A DNA stretch of 64,000 nucleotides from Octopus vulgaris (GCA_951406725.2 OX597820.1:31496001-31560000); one strand, 5' to 3'. Counted from the stretch's first letter, positions 40,458 to 53,202 are shown. Notes: a model not told the origin generated them from the letters alone. A program made the numbers and translations.

Positions 40458-41537
40458 TCATCATCATCATCATCATCATTATTTAATGTCCGCTTTCCAT
40501 GCTAGCATGGGTTGGACGATTTGACTGAGGTCTGGCAAACCAGACTCCTATCTGATCTGGCAGGGTTTCTACAGCTGGATGCCCTTCCTAACACCAACCA
40601 CTCTGAGATTGTAGTGGGTGTTTTTACGTGCCACCAGCATGAGGGCCAGTTTTGTGATACTGGCAACAGCCACGCCCAATGGTGCTTTTTATGTGCCAGT
40701 ATGCAAAAAAAAAAAAAATTGCATTGTTACTGTCATCTAAATTCATATGAATGATAGTAAATGAGAAAAAAAAAGGAACCAGGAGATCCAAGAGGAAGGA
40801 AACTGTGGAAGAGGAAGACCAATAAAGATGTGGAATGAAATAGTGAAAGCTGATCTTGGGAGGTTAAACATTACAAAAGAGATGACAAAGAATCACAGAA
40901 GTAAAAATGTTGCGTTGGAGCTCATCCTTTCATCCAACCTATGCAGTCAAAGAAAGGCAGATGTAAAAATAATAATGATGATGTTAAGGTGTTGAAATTG
41001 TGATGACTTTTGGTCGATACCTAATGAGGGATAAACATATCCACGTCCTTTGTATGTTTTTTACCGTTTACCATATGTTCCATCGTTGTCTCTCTGTGTG
41101 ACATTTTACAATTATAAATACATACATACATATATACATACATACACATGCCCCCACCCCAATTGTTGCAGTTGTTGTTGCTGTTTCAATTCAGCAACAG
41201 TTACAAGAGTGACTCAAGAGTCGAGAACTGTGTTCATGGCACTTATCACTTTTGTAACTTCTGCCGTTTAAAAAATGATACAATATACATACTCTTGTAT
41301 TAAGCTCTATTTATACTGTTAATTATAGCAAACCATTATGTGTGTGTGTGCACGTGTGTGTATATAAGTATTATACATATATATATATATATACATATAT
41401 TAGGAAGGGCATCCAGCTGTAGAAACTCTGCCAGATCAAGATTGGAGCCTGGTGCAGCCATCTGGTTCACCAGTCCTCAGTGAAATCTTCCAACCCATAC
41501 TAGCATGGAAAGCAGATGCTAAATGATGATGATGATA
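40458..41537. mobile_element. RTE-tail repeats (- 40458-40700, + 41401-41537) and an older RTE 3' remnant (40780-40985)
   Basis: Conserved ccatgctagcatgg core; GRGRP motif in the remnant. Confidence 0.7.
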
Positions 41538-42309
41538 CATACAGGGTGTGGCAGAAAGGTTGCCCCATCTGCCACACCCTGTGTACACACACACGCACAC
41601 ACACACATATGTATGTATATGTACACGCACACACACACACTCCACACACAGACATGTATATAAGTTATTGTTGTTTTTAATGTATAAAGATGTAGTATGC
41701 ATGTATGTATGTATGTATGTATGTATGTGCAGTTTGAAAGATACCTCTTATCATAATCTCCCGTAATCTATCTCCATATCAGAAAATCAATGATTTTCAT
41801 TCTCCCTTTCTCTCTCCTATTTTCTCCCCTCCTCCTTTCTTTCAACCATTCCTCTTTTTAATTCTCCTCCTGTCTCTATCTCTATGGCAGGATTATATTT
41901 CCTACACCCTGCCTTTCTCTGTCTCTCTCCCCCTCCCACTCTCTCTCTCTTTCTTTTCCCTCTATCTCTACCATTTAGTATTAGTACAACCGTTTTGCGC
42001 TCTTTCACTTCCTCCCTGCACTGTTCTTCTCTCTCTAACACACACTCACTCCCTATCTTTCTTTCTTTCTTTGTCTGTCTCTCTCTCTCAACCATAATAA
42101 TGGCTTCAAATTTTGGCACAAGGGCAGCCATTTTGGTGGGAGGGGATAAGCCGATTACATCGACCCCAGTGTTTCACTGGTGCTTAACTTATCGACCCTG
42201 AAAGGATGAAAAGCCAAGTCAACCTTGGCAGAATTTGAACTCAGAACATTGCAGCAAATGAAATACCACTAAGCATTTCGCCCAGCGATTTTGCCAGCTC
42301 GCCGCCTTA

Positions 42310-42980
42310 TAAATCGTATGATCCTTGAGAACTGTCATAATAAACACAAAAATCTCAATTCCCCATGGTTTGATTATAAAAAGGCCTGCGACAGCATACT
42401 GCATTCATGGATCATAAAATCGCTAGATATCTTCAAAATTTCTCCTGTGACTCTTGAAGCCAGTGTGGAATATGACTCTCCCATTATACAACTCTAATGG
42501 AGTACTGACTGCCAGCAATATTGATATCAACTGCAGCATTTTCCAAGGTGACTCGCTTTCACCTCTAATTTTTTGCATAGCCCTTATACCCCTTCCAAGT
42601 GAACTTAACAGAACAGGGTATAGGTATAAAGTTGGTGACAAGAAAATAAGTCATCTATTTTATATGGATGACTTAAAACTCTATGGCGAAGACGATAATG
42701 AGCTTGATTGACTACTACGTACTGTGGAAGCATTCGGTGATGACATCAGGATGGAATTTGGTCTTGATAAATATGCCAAGGCCACTTTCCAGAAAGGAAA
42801 ATTAAAGACCTCACATTCAGTGGTGTTAGATGTTGTCACAGTTATAAAAGAACTTGAGCAGGAGCAAATAACTCAGAATAGATGAGAGCTCCGGCATTCA
42901 GCATTCAAGCATGAAAGAGAAGATCAGGAAGGAATGTTACAGAAGAGTTCAAGCAGTCCTAAAATCCAAGTTAGATGTGT
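42310..42980 (+). mobile_element. R4/Dong-like LINE RT fragment
   Basis: WFDYKKACDSILHSWI...IFQGDSLSPLIFCIAL...SHLFYMDDLKLY...DIRMEFGLDK. Confidence 0.85.
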
Positions 42981-43292
42981 TGCATTCAATTAAATAATTT
43001 ATTATTTAATTGAACACAATGCATCCGTTTCCAAGTAACTTTATCTTCACCTATTTGATGCCACTCGCTGCTCTGTACTGTTTTCTATCTTTATCCTTCT
43101 CTAATTCCCCTTTTCTCCCCTCCCTCTTTCACCGTTTTCTGTCTGTCTGTCTCTTTCTCTCTCCCCCTCGTTTTCTTTTTGTCTCTCTCTCTCTCATTGC
43201 TCACATGTGACCATTATCTATCTTTCTTTTCCTCGTGACCATCTTTCTCTTCCTGCTCGGATGTGTTTTTCTCTCTCTTTTCTATCTTTATT

Positions 43293-45680
43293 CATCATCA
43301 TCATCGTTTAACGTCCGTTTTCCGCACTAGCATGGGTTGGACGGTTCGACCGGGGTCTGGGGAGCCGCGAGTGTAGTGGGTGCTTTTTACGTGCCACCTG
43401 CACAGGTGCCAGAGGGGTCTGGCATCGGCCACGATCAGTTGGTGCTTTTTTTTTTTTGTGCTACCGGCACAGAAGCCAGTCAAGGCGGTGCTGGCATCGG
43501 TCACGTTCGGATGGTGCTTTTTATGTGCCACCGGCACAGAAGCCAGTCGGGGCGGTGCTGGCATCGGCCACGTTCGGATGTTGCTTTTTATGTGCCACCG
43601 GCACAGAAGCCATTAGAGGCGGGGTTGGCATCGGTCACGTTTGGATGGTGCTTTTTATGTGCCACCGGCACAGAAGCCAGTGGAGGCTGCACTGGCAACG
43701 GCCACGTTCGGATGGTGCTTTTTATGTGTCACCGGCACAGGTATCACAACTACTACTGTTTCCATTGATATTTGGTTCGATGTTCATGTACATGCACTTG
43801 ACTCAACAGGTCTCCTCAAGCACAGCGAGATGTTCCAGGATCCCACGATCGGTTGGTGCTTTTTATGTGCCACCGGCACAGAAGCCAGTCGGGGCGGTGC
43901 TGGCATTGGCCACGTTCGGATGTTGCTTATGTGCCACCGGCACAGAAGCCATTCGAGGCGGGGTTGGCATCGGTCACGTTTGGATGGTGCTTTTTATGTG
44001 CCACCGGCACAGAAGCCAGTGGAGGCTGCACTGGCAACGGCCTCATTCGGACGGTGCTTTATATGTGTCACCGGCACAGGTATCACAACTACTACAGTTT
44101 CCATTGATATTTGTTTCGATATTCATGTGCCACCGGCACAGAAGCCATTCGAGGCGGGGTTGGCATCGGTCACGTTCGGATGGTGCTTTTTATGTGCCAC
44201 CGGCACAGAAGCCAGTGGAGGCTGCACTGGCAACGGCCACGTTCGGATGGTGCTTTTTATGTGTCACCGGCACAGGTATCATAACTACTGTTTCCATTGA
44301 TATTTGGTTCAATGTTCATGTGCCACCGGCACAGAAGCCATTCGAGGCGGGTTAGGCATCGGTCACGTCACGTTCGGATGGTGCTTTTTATGGCATCGGT
44401 CACGTTCGGATGGTGCTTTTTATGTGCCACCGGCACAGAAGCCAGTGGAGGCTGCACTGGCAACGGCCACGTTCGGATGGTGCTTTTTGTGTCACTGGCA
44501 CAGGTATCACAACTACTGTTTCCTTTGATATTTGGTTCGATATTCATGTGCCACCGGCACAGAAGCCATTCGAGGCGGGGTAGGCATCGGTCACGTTCGG
44601 ATGGTGCTTTTTATGTGCCACCGGCACAGAAGCCAGCGGAGGCTGCACTGGCAACGGCCATGTTCGGATGGTGCTTTTTATGTGTCACCGGCACAGGTAT
44701 CACAACTACTGTTTCCATTGATATTTGGTTCGATGGTGCTTTTTATGTGTCACCGGCACAGGTATCACAACTACTGTTTCCATTGATATTTGGTTCGATG
44801 TTCATGTGCCACCGGCACAGGAGCCATTCGAGGTGGGGTTGGCATCGGTCACCTTCGGATGGTGCTTTTTATGTGCCACCGGCACAGAAGCCAGTGGAGG
44901 CTGCACTGGTGACGGCCACGATCAGATGGTACTTTCTATGTGTCACCGGCACAGGTATCACAACTACTGTTTCCATTGATATTTGGTTCGATGTTCATGT
45001 ATATGCACTTGACTCGACAGGTCTCCTCAAGCACAGCGAGACGTTCCGGGATCCAAGGTACTTTGGATGGGCAGGGGTTATGTGGAACTGGTGCCGGGAG
45101 CATCCCAGGTCTTAGTAGTCACAGCACATCTCCAGAGGTCTTGGTCCTTCGCCATTGCCTCAGTGAGGCCCAACGCTCTGAGGTCATGCTTGACTACCTC
45201 ATCCCATGTCTTCCTGGGTCTACCTCTCACCCTGATTCCTTCAACTGTTCGGGAGTGGCACTTCTTCACACATCTCTCCTCATCCATCCGCAGTACATGA
45301 CCATACCATCGCAAGCGTCGCTCTTGCACACCGCATCTGATGCTTCTTATGCCTAGCATTTCTCTCAGGGTGCTTACACTCTGACGTGCATTCACACTGA
45401 CATTACACATCCAGTGGATCATGCTAGCTTCATTTCTTTCAAGTCTACGCATGTCCTCTGCAGTCACGGCCCATGTTTCACTGCCGTGAAGCATGGCAGT
45501 TCGCACACATGCATCATACAATCTACCTTTCACTCTGAGTGAGAGACTCTTTGTCGCCAGTAGGGGTAGGAGCTTTCTAAACTTTGCCCAGGCTATTCGT
45601 ATTCTAGTGGTGACACTCTCTGAGCATCCACCCCCACTACTAACTTGGTCACCCAGGTAGCGGAAACTATCAACTACTTC
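43293..45680 (-). mobile_element. 5'-truncated RTE LINE: ORF2 C-terminus (45680-45078), expanded 3' UTR and (GAT)n tail
   Basis: VVDSFRYLGD...AMLHGSETW...RRLRWYGHVLRM...RGRPRKTWDEVV open frame, continuous with the array and the tail at 43293. Confidence 0.9.
43391..45000. repeat. Higher-order tandem array of ~23 monomers of ~60-67 bp inside the RTE 3' UTR
   Basis: gtgccaccggcacag recurs at 43458, 43525, 43592, 43659, 43726 (67-bp period); a trimer recurs at ~192 bp (44127, 44319). Confidence 0.95.
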
Positions 45681-45879
45681 TACTTCAAAAAAAAAATGTT
45701 TCTCCCACCATTCACTATTTTCCTCATGTTCTGGTCTAACTATATATATATATATATACATATAAAACGATTAACAAAGTCTGATCAAGAATCATTGATT
45801 TGCTCATGAAATAAGCTATAACTGCTAGCAACAAAGCTTACTGTAGGTCACATGCCATTTGTAGGGTAAACTATCTATC

Positions 45880-46375
45880 TATCAAAGGGCTGCGTGAGCA
45901 CATTGTAGATCTGAGAGAAGGGTGAGCTTATTGTAAGACTAGAAGAAAGGGGCACATATAATGATTAGCAGAAAGGATGTAAATATTGTGGGGTTTAACC
46001 CCACCACCCACACAAAAAGGACTACACATTTTAGGGTTAGAAGAAAGGGACGTATATTGCAGGGCTGTGAGAAAGGGGTGTATATTTTAAGACTGGAAGT
46101 AAAGGAGAGTCCATTGTAGGATTAGAAGGGGTGCATATTGTAGGTTTGGGAGAAGGGACTGTTTATGGTAGGGCTGGAAGAAGGGGCACATTGTTGCGCT
46201 GAAAGGACCACATATTGTAGGGCAAGGAGAAAGGGCTGAAGAAAGACAGTATTTATTGTAGGGTTGAGAAAAAGGGTTGCACACTGGAAGACTGCAACAA
46301 GGGAATGTGCCTTGTAAAGGTTAGGAAAAGAAGGCGTACATTGTAGGGCTGGGAGATGAATATGCATATTGCAAG
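45880..46375. repeat. Highly degenerate ~28-bp minisatellite
   Basis: Recurring aaggg..cata(t)tgtagggy..gaga-like unit. Confidence 0.6.
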
Positions 46376-46799
46376 GATCACCTTAGTGCTGAATACCTTG
46401 TCGTTGAATCTATAGGAATGCAATCCCTATGAAAATTAATGGTTAAGTTAGCATTAAAAATATTTAATACTGTGATCATTAAAAAAATCTAATTAGAAAT
46501 AATTGGTATTTAATTTGACCACACTCAATGTTAACATGCAATGAAAAAAGAAAAACCAAACTGATTGTTAAAAACCACAACAGAAGTAAAATACATTAGA
46601 TGTAGTTTAAGATTCGCTTTATTTAACAACAAAAAAAAAAAAGATAGGATAGTCACAAATGGAACGCCTTTGAGCATCGGCATATGTGTCAGGGATGTTA
46701 GTTGAATAACAATTAGAGGCATTTCAAATCTGGAGTATCTACGCTGTCATTAAACATGTTAAAGATAGCAACCAAATCGCCCTCAAATCAGTTTACCAT

Positions 46800-47165
46800 C
46801 TTCACACACACACACACACGTGTTTGTCCCCCACCACTGCTTGACAAACGATATTGGTGTACTCACGCTCCTGTAACTTGGCGGTTCGGTAAAAGAGACT
46901 GAAAGAATGAGTCCTGGGGTCGATTTAGTCGACTAAAAATTCCCTAAGGCTTGCCCCAGTATGGCCGCTGTGTAATGATTGAAACAAGTATATATATATA
47001 TATATACAACGGGCTTCTTTCAGTTTCCGTCTACCAAATCCACTCACAAGGCTTTGATAGGCAGAGGGCTGTAGTTGAAGGCACTTGCACAAGATGCCAC
47101 GCATTGGGATTGAACCCGGAACAGGGTGGTTGGGAAGCAAACTTCTGACCATATAACCATACCTA
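46800..47165 (-). mobile_element. Rearranged tRNA-derived SINE pieces
   Basis: Tail half in + orientation (46820-46990) joined to head half in - orientation (47005-47165). Confidence 0.65.
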
Positions 47166-47235
47166 CGAAATAAATTCATCTGGAAATGAATAGAGAGCTA
47201 ATATGGGTTTTTAAGCGCCAACTAGGGGAAACACA

Positions 47236-47388
47236 TTGGCGATCCTTCGGTATACGTACCGTAAGTGGCTTTGTTTACATTTCTGAAGATAACAGAAACC
47301 CTTTTCTCCGCCCCCCCATATATATATAAAAAAACACTTTCTTGAAATGTATCCGGTACTTCGGGTACGTATACCGAAGTTACGCCAA
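47236..47388. mobile_element. Small inverted-repeat element (MITE-like)
   Basis: ttggcgatccttcggtatacgtacc / ggtacgtataccgaagttacgccaa. Confidence 0.65.
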
Positions 47389-47539
47389 CACATTAAATGA
47401 CGCTGTCAATGTTACGCAATATGTCTAAAAAGTAAGAACAGATGAAATGGTCACGGTTAGGAAGTCGTTAATCATAGGGTCTGCTGACAAGGAGATTAAA
47501 ACATCAACAAACACGAAAACAGCAGAATACTTTTACTTT

Positions 47540-47746
47540 TCTTTTCGAGCGGAAATGACATCAAAGAAAGTTGCAATCAAATTTATTCTCTAATTTTTAG
47601 AGAGTGTTACTTCCTGTCCATCATTCAAAGGTCCTTTCCAAAAAAAACACACGTGTTTCTGTTGTGGGTTTGTTGTTATTATCGTAGTTTAGAGTCCAAA
47701 GCCTGTTACCTCAGGCTTCCTCAGGCTTACACATTCTTCGGCAACC
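47540..47746 (+). promoter_or_regulatory. Probable EXOSC9 promoter and 5' UTR
   Basis: ETS-like cggaaat (~47550) and acttcctg (~47609), CRE-like tgacatca, E-box cacgtg (47650-47655); no TATA box; directly upstream of the ATG. Confidence 0.55.
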
Positions 47747-47812
47747 ATGAGGGAATCTCACTTCTCCACTTGTGAACGAAACTTCATTCTTCAATCCATT
47801 TCGAAGAAATTG
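47747..47812 (+). CDS. EXOSC9: Exosome complex component RRP45 / PM-Scl75, first coding exon
   Basis: gcaaccATG; MRESHFSTCERNFILQSISKKL aligns to human MKETPLSNCERRFLLRAIEEKK (recalled); 22 codons then phase-0 donor TTG|GTATGT just before the expected RLDGR motif. Confidence 0.85.
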
Positions 47813-48904
47813 GTATGTATTTGTTTCCAAGCTTGTTTGCTGTATATGTACCCGGTGTGTGTGTAATTATATATATATATATATATATAGGCGATCTTTC
47901 GTATATATATATATATGGCAATCTTTGCCATATATATATATGATGTATGTATGTGTGCGTGTGGGCATGCCATACTGAATCATCAACACATTTTTGTTTA
48001 TATATCTTCGCTCACATAGTTCTAAATTCAAATTGGTTTTATAACTGCGATTCCTCACTTTTATGGTGCTAAATTTCAAATAGATCCTCCTATCCATTAA
48101 TATGGCTCTATATGTATGTATGTTTATTTCGTTGTTGGTTAGTTGCCTAGAAGCTGGAGTTTAGCTAATTTTAGGTGCTTGTGCGACTACATCAACATCT
48201 AAAAACAAGTGGCAAAAGTACATCACATGCTATCATGCTCGTTATTTCACTAGGGGCTGTGGGTTTCGCTATTTTTTTTACCCCCAATTTAGGTGATTGT
48301 TTCGTTTTTATGTATTTATTTCAATTAGGAATTTTAGTTTCGTTAATTGATCTTTAAGGCGAACACACCCAGCTGTTTCTGGCGGGAGTTTATCGAAGGT
48401 TCAGAAGTTAAATCGGCCCACAGCGAAACTCGAACGCAGAACAGTAAAACAGTAAAGAATCGAACTAATTGGCATTTAGAAATCTTTTAGCAAAACTAAA
48501 ATTCCTAGGTAAAAAAATAACCAAAATTAAAGCAGGTAAAACAAAAAGCAAAACCTCAGTTCCTAAGGAAATAGTCATAAATGCATATAGGACCGTATAA
48601 ACCAATTTCAATTTAATGCCGTAAAAAGCAATGATACACACACACACTCGAAATGTATTTGAGTTATTTATCTATGAATGTCTGATTTATATAGTCTGTG
48701 GTAGACCAATTTGTTTAAACCTCGAAATAACAATAAACTCGCTAGGGGTGTCAATCGCATAAATGTCCGTGCGATTAAATATGATAGCAAACCAACGGTG
48801 GGGACTAGGCAGTCGTCTGATTTGCTAGAAGTGGTAACCAAATCTTATGTGTTAGTCCTTGATTAAGCGAAACCTGCTTGTATACGAGCATATAGGTGTG
48901 TGTT

Positions 48905-49225
48905 TGTATGTGGCTGGTGTGGTAAGATGTTTGCTTCCCAACCAGATGGGTTCCGTGTGGTACCTTGGGCAAGTGTCTTCTATATCCTCGGGCCGACCAA
49001 ATCCTTGTGAGTGGATTTCGTACACGGAAACTGAAAGAAACATATGATGTATATATTTACACTGTGTGTGCTTGTCCCCCACCACTGCTTGACAACCGGT
49101 GATGGTGTGTTTACATCCCCGTAAACTAGCAGTTCTGCAAAAGAGACCAATAAAGTAAGTACTGGGGTCGATTGATTCGACTAAAAATTCTTCAAGGCAG
49201 TGCCCCATCTTGGCCGCAATCTAAG
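48905..49225 (+). mobile_element. tRNA-derived SINE (intronic)
   Basis: gtggctggtgtggtaagatgtttgcttcccaacc...ccttgggcaagtgtc. Confidence 0.75.
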
Positions 49226-49252
49226 CATGAGTATGTGTATTCTTCTATTTAA

Positions 49253-49293
<41 letters not shown>

Positions 49294-49307
49294 CATTTCT
49301 ATAAATG

Positions 49308-49350
<43 letters not shown>

Positions 49351-49974
49351 TTGTATAAATGCAAATATATGTGTGTATGAGTGTAAATATCTGTCTATAT
49401 AGTAATAAATGTGAACCTATGTGTATATGTCAACAAGTGTGAATCAATGTTTATATGTGCCTCGTGCGCAAGTTTATGAATTCATCGAAGTTTTGTCTCG
49501 TGTGTTTCGAAACGGGCAGATTATGAACGTCTGACAAAGCAGTTTACGATAAAGGCGTTCCTGTAGAACAGAGTCGGAAATTATCTTTCGCGTCAAAAAA
49601 AAGAAAAAACGACCTAACTTCTTCGGAACTGTACCTTTTAAGCATCACAAATTACAAACCAGACAAAAAAAAAAGTGATCCCTACCATCATTATTTTCCG
49701 TGAATTTACATTTTTCATAATTTTTGTTTGGAAAAATTTCCTGATTAATGTTGGGTATAACTTTGAGGATCCATAGAGTTTAAAACAAATCTAAAAAGAA
49801 ACTGAAAAATTACAGAAAGTATGGTGATGGTTGGGGTTTGTTTCTCTTTTGTTTTTGTGTTTGCAGTTTCTTTATCTAAGCCGCTAGAGCTTTGCAAGTT
49901 AGAAGAAGCGAAGGTTTTTGACACTGGATAATTGACAACTCTGCAATAATTAATTACAGTCTCTTCCATCCTGA

Positions 49975-50700
49975 GGTGCAGGCATGACTGTTTGGCTGAG
50001 AGGTTTGCTAACCAAAACCTTGCAAGTGTGTTTCGTTGATGGAAATTGAGAGAAACCTATCATATATGGTGTAAGCATGGTTGTGCGGTGAGAAATTTAC
50101 TTCCGAACCACATACAGTTTCACTCCATGGTACCTTAGGCAAATGTCTTCTACTTTAGCCTCAGGTCTTGTGAGTGGATTTGGCAGACGGAAACTGAAAA
50201 AACCTTTCGTGTGTGTGTGTATATATCATCATCATCATCGTTTAATGTCCGCTTTCCATGCTAGCATGGGTTTGACGGTTTGACTGTGGGCTGGCGAACC
50301 AGATGGCTGCACCAAGCTCCAGTCTTGATCTGGCAGGGTTTCTACAGCTGGATGCCCTTCCTAACGCCAACCACTCTGAGAGTGTAGTGGTGCTTTTACG
50401 TGTCACCGGCACGGGGGCCAGTCAGGCGGTACTGGCAACGACCTCGCTTGAATTTTTTACACGTGGCGTATATGTATATTTATTTATGTGTGTGTGTCTT
50501 TGTTGCTCACCATTGCTTGACAACCAGTGTTGGTTTGTTTATGTGCCTCCAACTTAGCGATTTGGCAAAAAGTTTGATAGAATAAATTCCAGGCTTTAAA
50601 AAGGAAAACTACTGTGGTCAATTTAGTCATTTGATTAAAAGTTCTTCAGGACAGTGTTCCAGCTGGGCACAGTTTAATTACTGAAACAAGAAAAAGGAAT
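49975..50700. mobile_element. SINE (+) interrupted by an RTE-tail repeat (-, 50225-50460)
   Basis: SINE head at ~50075, RTE tail after (CAT)n, SINE tail resumes at ~50490. Confidence 0.7.
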
Positions 50701-50915
50701 GGCAAAATATGTGTGTGTTTGCTTACATTTGCACTTTTCTGAAAATCACAAACTTTAATGCAGTGATGTTATCATTTCTCCTGTTAATTGTCCACTGGCT
50801 TTTTTATGCCTTGAAATATGTATGAAAATAAGAGATCCCTTAATTGCAAAATAGTGGTCAGAGGCATGATAGGTGTCCAATTTATAAGACAATGCCTGAG
50901 TAGCATATTCATCTA

Positions 50916-52081
50916 CAAGGTGGTATCAAAAGGTTCCTGGACTAGTTATGTTTAATAAAAAATTACTTATTTAACTAAGTTTTAACATCATTTCTCCTTC
51001 GAAATAGTCACCTGTCCCAGCATTATTGCCACTTTTGGAATCCGGCCTCGTAATTGTTTTCTGTAAGCATCCGAACGTGGCCGTTGCCAGCGCCGCCTTG
51101 GCTGGCTCCCGTGCCAGTGGCACGTTAAAAGCTCCAACCGATCGTGACCGATGCCGGACCCCCCTGGTGGCACGTAAAAAGCACCCACTACACTCGCGGA
51201 GTGGTTGGCGTTAGGAAGGGCATCCAGCTATGGAAACTCTGCCAGATCAGACTGGAGCCTGGTGCAGCCCCTGGCTTCCCAGACCCAGGTCGAACCGTCC
51301 AACCCATGCTAGCATGGAAAGCGGACGTTAAACGATGATGATGATGATGATGATGAAGCAAGTCAAGGGCCTTCTGTGATTCCAGATTATGATAACGGTG
51401 TTAAAATGGCAACCTTTTAGCTGCATTTTCATCTTGGGGAAGAGATGGAAGTCTGCCACTGGTTAATAGGGTGGGTGCAGAAGTGATACCATGTTGTTTT
51501 TGGTGAGAATCTCATGAATGAGGTGAGCTTGGTGAAGAATTGAATTCTTCGCGCTCCACAGATTTGGTTGCTTTTACTGAATGTTCTCTCTAACACTTCA
51601 AAACATTGCAGTAGAACTCTCAAATGACAGTCTGGTCCCGGGGGATGAATTCTCAATGCACAGTACCACATTTCCAGGGGTGACACTTATGGCAGGTCTT
51701 CCAGGTCACTCATCATCTTCCTGGGACTTTCTTACACTTTTGAAGTTCCCATGCCACTTGAAACATTGTGTATGACCTATTGTCTTGTCAATATAAGCTT
51801 GCTGAAGCATGCTCAATGTCTCTGTAGCAAGCTTCCCAAGTTTGGTGCAAAGCTTCATGTTGGCTCTTTGTTTCGGCTTCCTGTCCGTAACAAAATCGCA
51901 GACTACAGCTACATGTGATCACAAAAACACAAATTTCACAGCCTATGTAGTAAATACAGCAATGTCACTCAGCACACTGCCTCATGAATGTCAGTGCTGG
52001 CTCTCACTGTGTACGCAACCATGTGGTGCTATCTGCTGGTGCGCTACAGAGCTAGTCCAGGAACTTTTTTATACCACCTCG
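50916..52081 (-). mobile_element. Internally deleted mariner element with an RTE-tail insertion (+, 51065-51356)
   Basis: TA|caaggtggtatcaaaaggttcctggactag ... ctagtccaggaacttttttataccacctcg|TA; DFHLFPKMKMQLKG on -. Confidence 0.85.
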
Positions 52082-52369
52082 TAACCCATACTAATGTAGA
52101 AAAAAGGGTCCAGCCTAATGGTAGTCTGCTCCTGGGTAAGTCCTGTGCATGTGAATTACAGGTACAACTCATTTTTGCCAGCTGAGTGGACTGGAGTAAA
52201 GTGAAATAAAGTGTCTTGCTCAAGGACACAATGTGCTGTCAGGAATCAAACTCATGACTTTACAATTGTAAGCTGAATACCCTAACCACTGAGCCATGAA
52301 CTTTCTCAATATCAAGAAAATTTAAACTGCTACAAAAACATGGACACATATATGCATATATATATATAT

Positions 52370-52855
52370 ATCCTATTGTAAATTTGAGAGATGTTTCTCT
52401 GTCCGTTATGTTTTTATGTTTGTTAACTCCTTGACCATTGATGCAAGGACAACGAAACTCAAACCAGCAACTCCCCTAGTCCCAGGGAATGTCCTAAGGG
52501 GGCCTATTTTTTTAAGGGCCACCTAATTGGGGCACCACTGACAGGATTTTAAACTAAATACATGGCATTGGTGACCAAATTGGAACAATGACAATGAATT
52601 TCATACTATGAACTCCCAGGAAATATTGTAAGGGCCGCTTAAATTATCCTCCCCACCTTATTTTTACTGCATTTACTTGCTCCTACGCTTATTGATTAAA
52701 CTATGATCAGCAACTCCCCTAATCCCAGGGATGTGTCTGAGTCCATTACGTTACACAAGGGTATAGGGCTGTGAAGCGGCCTGGTAGTGGGGCCAAAGGC
52801 CTCCTCTGCAGGAGCCAGCCTGAATGCTGCCCGAAAGGCGGCTTCAAGGTTAGTA
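52370..52855 (+). mobile_element. Helitron-like non-autonomous element
   Basis: Begins a|tcctattg; 3' hairpin gctgcc-cgaaa-ggcggc shortly before ttag|t; internal repeat cagcaactcccct. Confidence 0.45.
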
Positions 52856-53202
52856 TGTATATAAATAAGTAAGAAAGGTGTACAGGTGTATGAATTGACA
52901 TCTGTACATCTTTCTTATTTATATTCTGTTCACCTAACTTTGAATCTGCACTTTGGAAATACTATATTAAGTACCTTTATAAAAAGTACAGGTTTGAATT
53001 ACCAAGAGCAGATATCTTCACTTAGCTGGGTTACACTGGCTACACACACAACAGGAATATCAGCTGCTAACACCCTTGCACTGAATTTTGATATTCAATA
53101 TTCAAATAATATTGTTGGGATGTGCAGATTATATTGAACTTGTAAGGTGCCTAAATTTAAGTACCTAATTCAACTGAATCTTAATTATATTTTATATATA
53201 TA

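Noticed and set aside
43391-45000. CRISPR array (palindromic repeat with variable spacers)
   Set aside because: Spacers recur in a fixed cycle and are related to each other; no cas genes; eukaryotic context; the array lies inside an RTE 3' UTR
43337-45356. Long overlapping Cys/His/Arg-rich ORFs (up to 299 aa)
   Set aside because: Read-through of the tandem array in all frames, antisense to the LINE
48175-48357. Candidate EXOSC9 exon 2 after a tttag acceptor
   Set aside because: No frame encodes the expected RLDGR...FG...GCC sequence
49745-49969. 74-aa minus-strand ORF (MEETVINYC...)
   Set aside because: No recognisable domain; begins at the edge of a SINE; no supporting gene structure
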